This document shows positions 59,486 to 64,000 of a stretch of 64,000 nt of DNA, piece by piece; position 1 is the stretch's first letter; the number at the start of each line of letters is the position of its first letter. Under the pieces are notes generated by a model that ran no database searches, was not told the DNA's origin, and worked only from the letters and a program-made list of their open reading frames with translations. The stretch lies in the NCBI GenBank assembly GCA_965219395.1, contig CBDCNN010000002.1, positions 2,247,547-2,311,546 of the forward strand, in the 5' to 3' direction. Both the position numbers and the translations under genes were made by a program. The DNA comes from Dehalococcoidia bacterium. Lineage in GTDB: Bacteria; Chloroflexota; Dehalococcoidia; Lucifugimonadales; UBA3495.

Positions 59486-60313
59486 TCATTGGCGGTCAAG
59501 GCCATGGATGCCGCGGTAGTCGACCACGGAGGGCGATTGCCAGCCTTCCAGGAGCCCTGGATCAGGCTGATATATCTCGACGCCCAGCGGGTGGCACGTT
59601 TCAATGGGATCGGCGGCGTCCTCCCCCCACACTTGGACGGAAAGGTCTCCGTGGGGACAGGTGGAAATTGCGCAGAGCAGGTCGATCTCCGCAATAAACT
59701 CGAAGTAGTCTCCCCGCTTCGCTGGCGAAGGCTTCACGAAATACTGGTCGCCCTTGGTCAGTCCTGTTACCTGGAAGATGTTCAGCACGTCGTGGACGTC
59801 GCTCTCGTTGAGGTGGTACGGGGCGATTGCCCGTACGAGGTTGGAATGACAGCAGTAGTCGAAATCCTCGCCGTTCAGCAACTTGTGAACGTAAGGGTCA
59901 CATCGAGTGCCCAGCAGGTCGTGGCAGCCCGCGCCATCCTCGTCCAACGGATAGTCCACCGTGTCGCCGGTGATGGTCAACATGGGCCTCAGGTATGGAA
60001 GGCAGGACCACAGCCTGTCGAATGTGCTGACGTGAGCCCGGTGCAACTGCTTGGTACGGGCTGCCCAGAACCGTTCCCGGGGATTGTTCAGGTTCCAGGC
60101 ATTGAAGTCGGCAACCTGTGCTCCCTCAACCACCACGATGCGGCAAATCTGGCCTGCCATGACGGGCCACGCCTTCCCGGAGCGCATTGGCACCACGAAG
60201 TGGTCGACGATGCTCCTGGCTTCCGTATCCCGGCCTAGGCGCCCGTAGAATTCGCGGTCAACGTCGATGGGGCTGCCGGGATTGGCTTGGTAAATCACCC
60301 TGGGAGCTGGCAT
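59486..60313 (-). CDS. DUF1989-family protein (urea-carboxylase-associated type)
   Basis: ...GKAWPVMAGQICRIVVVEGAQVADFNAWN...RLWSCLPYLRPMLTITGDT...CHSNL...NIFQ...CPHGD.... Confidence 0.65.
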   Translation of the reverse strand: MPAPRVIYQANPGSPIDVDREFYGRLGRDTEARSIVDHFVVPMRSGKAWPVMAGQICRIVVVEGAQVADFNAWNLNNPRERFWAARTKQLHRAHVSTFDRLWSCLPYLRPMLTITGDTVDYPLDEDGAGCHDLLGTRCDPYVHKLLNGEDFDYCCHSNLVRAIAPYHLNESDVHDVLNIFQVTGLTKGDQYFVKPSPAKRGDYFEFIAEIDLLCAISTCPHGDLSVQVWGEDAADPIETCHPLGVEIYQPDPGLLEGWQSPSVVDYRGIHGLDRQ

Positions 60314-60520
60314 AGCACCCCCGTCAGAAATGGGTTCGCAGGCCCTCGCAGCTATTGGCCATTCTCTAGAGAATGGACTCTCATCCTTGCGTGGCGCTCT
60401 GGCTCAGGTTACCACGAAATGGACCCACCATCGGCGAACAGCTCAACCACTCAGTATATCCGGAGGAATTCACAAGCCTACCATCGGCACTTCACGACAT
60501 TAGCGGCACCGGCCCTCTGT

Positions 60521-61422
60521 TAGGGCGTGTTTTCAAACTATAACCAGATTAGGGTCGACCCGATTTGCAGCATTGCCAGGTAGTTATCAGCCCTCTTTTC
60601 GTACCTGGTCGCGATACCCTGGTGGCGATACGGCGGAATTGCTTTAGCCGGTTAATTGCCCGCCCTACCAGGTTGCGTGTCCGGTACAGGACCCGGTCGA
60701 AGGAGCCGGTGCGCCGTTCATTCGTTTTCCTGGGGATGGTGTAGCGGATTCCCCCCGTCTGAGATAGGCGCGAATCTTGCGGCTGCTGTAACCTTTATCA
60801 CCACAGACCCGGCCGGGTCTTATACGGGGACGGCCACACCCGGGTCTTTTCACCGCCCCTTCGGTCATCAACCCTTCGAATACGGTGGCCTCATGCTGCT
60901 GTCCCGGGGTCAGAACGAAGGCCACCGGCTTGCCCCGGCCCTCCACTCGTACGTGGACTTTCGTTCCAAAGCCTCCCCGTGAACGCCCTAACGCTTGGTC
61001 TCCTCCCCCTTTTTTGCGCCGGCAGCGTGCTGATGCGCCCGAACTACGGTACCGTCCACATAATGGACCTCCCAGTCTATCTGCCCGGCAGCATCAGCCC
61101 TCTGCTGCACCTCCGCCATTAGCCGGTCCCACAACCCCCGCTTGCGCCACCGGTAGAACCGGGTGGCTACCGTAGGCCAGGGACCGTACCTCTCCGGCAT
61201 GTCCCGCCAAGGAGCGCCGGTGCGCAGCATCCACAAGATGCCGTTGATGATCGTGCGATGGTCTTTGCCGGGCCGTCCGGTCCATGGCTTTTGCGCCGGC
61301 AACAACGACTCCAGACGCTGCCACTGTTGACCCGTCAAGTCTCCTCGTCCCACACGCCTCACCTCTTCCTCTACTCACCAACCTCACTTTAACCCCCTGC
61401 TTGGCTTTGATAACACGCCCTA
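60521..61422 (-). mobile_element. IS5-family element (IS427-like group), degenerate
   Basis: Inverted repeats TAGGGCGTGTTTTCAAA (60521-) and TTTGATAACACGCCCTA (-61422). Confidence 0.8.
60538..61362 (-). pseudogene. IS5/IS427-like transposase OrfAB with canonical A AAA AAG -1 site plus extra lesions
   Basis: OrfA ...LTGQQWQRLESLLP...INGILWMLRTGAPWRDMPERYGPW...VDGTVVRAHQHAAGAKKG. OrfB frame GGDQALGRSRGGFGTKVHV...LTPGQQHE...GDKGYSS. Later frameshift in a G-run (about 60735) and a 13-bp tandem duplication (about 60605-60635). Confidence 0.8.
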
Positions 61423-61449
61423 GTCTGCCAACGGCGACGGGTGGAAAAA

Positions 61450-61739
61450 AGCACCGGATGACAGACGGCCCGCTGAAGAAATGGACGGGCTTTTCAATGG
61501 TTGGCAGCGATCGCGTGTCGCATCTGGTGATCGAGAGCCAGGCCTTGAATGGAAATCTTCCTGCGGAACTGCGCAAACTGACCACTCTGACTAATCTCAA
61601 TCCTATCGATAACTCCAGCCACAACTGACCCATGTGGATCTCTGGTAACTCCTTCAGGGGCGACATCCGTGGGCAAAGCAGGACCATGGAGTGGGGCAAT
61701 CTGAAAAGGCTGGTTGAACTGAACCTGTCTTGGAACTAG
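61450..61739 (+). pseudogene. leucine-rich-repeat protein fragment
   Basis: ...WTGFSMVGSDRVSHLVIESQALNGNLPAELRKLTTLTNL...*...WISGNSFRGDI...GNLKRLVELNLSWN*. Starts at the IS5-like element edge and contains an internal stop. Confidence 0.5.
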
Positions 61740-61865
61740 CGCTAAGGTTCGTCAACAACTGATAATGCCTTTTCTCGAGATACTGGCATCTAATGGGTTT
61801 ATCCTTCAGCCAGGAACCAGCCAGGAACTTCGGGATGTCTCACCAACTGTAGAGAGGAACAGCTG

Positions 61866-63491
61866 ATGGCAAACATTGCAGGCGCCTTCGAGGCAGTAGA
61901 CAATTACATTGCGCAACGAATGCGGCAGGTCAACATTCCAGGGCTGGCACTGGGAATCACTGACAGGAACAGGGTGCTCAAGGTGGGGACATATGGATTC
62001 GCCAACGTGGATTCCCGCTATCCGGTCCAGCCCGGAACGGTGTTCGAAATCGGCTCCATCGGTAAGTCGTTCACCAACGTCGCACTGATGCAGCTACACG
62101 ACGAAGGTGCGCTCGACCTTCAGGCGCCCGTGTCCAGCTACCTGCCGTGGTTCGATGTGAAGTCCGACCACGGTCCCATCACCACGCATCATTTGATGAC
62201 GCATACCTCCGGCCTCCCCTCCGGCACGGACATCGGAAGCCACGGTCTGTACGAAGCATGGGCGTTGAGGGACACGCAAGTCCGGGTACCGCCAGGCGAG
62301 TATTTTCGCTACTCGAACGTTGGCTACAAGACACTCGGTTTCCTGCTGGAGGAGCTGGACGGTCGGTCATATCAGGATTCAATCCAGTCGAGGGTCCTCG
62401 ACCCGCTGGGGATGTACGATTCCCATCCAGTGATCGGATACGAGACGCGTAAACGGGCCGCGGTTGGTTACCGCAGCTTCTACGACGACCGCCCCGAACA
62501 CGTTGATCACGGCCTGGCGCCCGCTATGTGGACCGAATATGGTGTCGGTGATGGCTGCCAAGCTTCCACCGCCAGCGACATGGCTATCTACCTGCGAATG
62601 TTCATGAACGGCGGTTTCGGTCCGTCGGGGCGGCTCATGTCTGAGGACAGTTTCCGACTGATGACTCAACGGGCTATTGCAACAGCGCAGTGGGGCGGAG
62701 CCCACTACGGTTACGCTCTTACCTTGGCGGACATCGACGGCCACGCCTATCTGGGTCATGGAGGGAGCACCACCGGATTCGTGGCCGCAATGATTGCCGA
62801 CCTCGACGAGGGCATCGGAGTGGTGATACTGATAAACGGCTTGGTGCAGTCGTTCGGCGCCGTCGATATGGCGTTGAGCGTCATCGGCACACTGAGGGCC
62901 AGATTGCACGGTGGGGAAATACCAGCGATGCCGGCCTCCACCGACCCAGAGGCGACAATCAATGCATCCGACTACGCCGGTACCTATCGTGAAGGAGAGG
63001 AGCAACTGGAAGTTTTCGCCAAGGGGAACCGGTTGTCGCTTCTCTGGGGTGGACAGGAAATTGTCCTTCAGCCGCGGGGCGATGACAGATTCTACGTGCG
63101 CCACCCTGAGCTGGAACGATACCTCCTGGAGTTCGGGCGCGAGAACGGCCGGGTGGTCGAAGCCTTCCACGGGCCAGACTGGTACGTCGGAGAAGGCTAT
63201 TCGGAACCTGCCAGCTTCGATTATCCCGCCGAATGGGATTCCTTCAAAGGGCACTACAGGACTTACAACTTTGGGCTGACCAATTTTCGAATCGTGGTGC
63301 GAAAGGGCTCCTTGTTACTGGCCTATCCTCAGGGAGGAAATGATCCCCTGGTGCCAATCGGGGATGGACAATTCCGCATCGGCGATGACCCTCGCTCAGC
63401 GGAGACCGTGCGGTTCGATGCGGTGGCCTCAGGCAGGGCATTACGGGCCACTTACTCCGGCTGCCCCTACTACCGCACCTACACGCCCTGA
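61866..63491 (+). CDS. serine hydrolase, beta-lactamase fold, with C-terminal extra domain
   Basis: ...VFEIGSIGKSFTNVALMQL (SxxK)...YSNVGY...GHGGSTTGF.... Confidence 0.8.
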   Translation: MANIAGAFEAVDNYIAQRMRQVNIPGLALGITDRNRVLKVGTYGFANVDSRYPVQPGTVFEIGSIGKSFTNVALMQLHDEGALDLQAPVSSYLPWFDVKSDHGPITTHHLMTHTSGLPSGTDIGSHGLYEAWALRDTQVRVPPGEYFRYSNVGYKTLGFLLEELDGRSYQDSIQSRVLDPLGMYDSHPVIGYETRKRAAVGYRSFYDDRPEHVDHGLAPAMWTEYGVGDGCQASTASDMAIYLRMFMNGGFGPSGRLMSEDSFRLMTQRAIATAQWGGAHYGYALTLADIDGHAYLGHGGSTTGFVAAMIADLDEGIGVVILINGLVQSFGAVDMALSVIGTLRARLHGGEIPAMPASTDPEATINASDYAGTYREGEEQLEVFAKGNRLSLLWGGQEIVLQPRGDDRFYVRHPELERYLLEFGRENGRVVEAFHGPDWYVGEGYSEPASFDYPAEWDSFKGHYRTYNFGLTNFRIVVRKGSLLLAYPQGGNDPLVPIGDGQFRIGDDPRSAETVRFDAVASGRALRATYSGCPYYRTYTP

Positions 63492-63617
63492 CCGTCCATC
63501 CTTTCGTCCACGGAGGCACGGAGAATCTCTGCCGCCTGTCAAATTCCGGGCAGGACGCTTACAATCTGACCATCTGGACTACTCACGCAACTGAGTTGGA
63601 ATAGCAAGGAGGCGGCA

Positions 63618-64000
63618 ATGCCAATCGAGCAGCTCGCACCCGCAATGGAACGCATCGTTTCCCTAGACCAGCAGGTGGAAGTGCTCGGCACTGGCTACGT
63701 CATAGGGGAAGGTCCCCTGTGGTGGTACGAAGACAATTGTCTGATATTCAGCGAGGTTCGAGGCAACCGCAGGTGGAAGTGGACTGTCGCCGATGGGGTG
63801 ACGCTGTTGCAGGAGCCCACCAATAATGCCAACGGCCTCACCCGGGACCCGCAGGGAAGGCTGGTGATGTGCGAGGGAGGCTTACGCAGGGTCTCGCGAG
63901 CCGAAGACGACGGCAGCATTACGGTGATCGCGGGCAGCTATCACGGCTTGCCACTTAACCGCCCTAACGACGTGGTGGTGAAATCCGATGGCAGCATTTA
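63618..64000 (+). CDS. SMP-30/gluconolactonase/LRE-family protein, 3'-partial at window end
   Basis: AAGGAGG before ATG 63618. MPIEQLAPAMERIVSLDQQVEVLGTGYVIGEGPLWWYEDNCLIFSEV...NGLTRDPQGRLVMCE...LNRPNDVVVKSDGSI. Not in the ORF track (no stop). Confidence 0.75.
   Translation, partial: MPIEQLAPAMERIVSLDQQVEVLGTGYVIGEGPLWWYEDNCLIFSEVRGNRRWKWTVADGVTLLQEPTNNANGLTRDPQGRLVMCEGGLRRVSRAEDDGSITVIAGSYHGLPLNRPNDVVVKSDGSI

Overview
GC-rich bacterial chromosome segment. About half of the DNA is insertion-sequence (IS) material, much of it nested, truncated or frameshifted.

IS content:
- Two diverged IS630-family 'A' copies (588-3521 and 35334-38277, inverted). Each carries the same 1671-bp IS110-family element at the identical position.
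- Three full IS630-family 'B' copies (3524-4757, 34098-35331, 48626-49859), plus a B remnant split by an IS66-family element (22859-24345, 8-bp target duplication).
- An rve-type IS (7879-9461), IS1380 (20632-22320), IS701 (24552-25981) and an IS5/IS427-like element (60521-61422).
- Remnants of IS21 (four right-end/IstB pieces and one IstA piece), IS3, IS5, an IS6-like element, IS110 and IS66.

Cargo between the IS:
- A 1632-aa repetitive FN3/cadherin-like surface protein (27153-32051).
- A family-5 ABC uptake operon lacking its ATPases (13209-17039).
- phnDCEE (38506-41928) and an orphan TRAP binding protein.
- tRNA-Leu(CAA) next to a decayed integrase and an excisionase-like gene.
- A serine recombinase.
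- A peroxiredoxin-like gene with an in-frame TGA at the active-site position.
- A three-gene lower-GC hypothetical cassette (5248-7239).
- At the right end, an ordinary-looking catabolic block: two beta-lactamase-fold hydrolases, an NHL propeller, an amidohydrolase, a BBE-type FAD oxidase, an SDR, DUF1989 and SMP-30.

Most interesting observations:
- The IS110 element appears to target one specific site inside the IS630-A transposase gene. Its 261-nt leader has the layout expected of a bridge RNA, including a 10-nt identity to the reconstructed target.
- The mirror-image IS arms bracket about 30 kb of cargo.
- An IS6-like transposase gene is split into two in-frame halves 11.5 kb apart in opposite orientation, which documents an IS-mediated inversion.

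No CRISPR array, rRNA, reverse transcriptase or recognisable multi-gene defence system was seen. All calls come from reading the sequence and ORF translations by eye; no searches were run.
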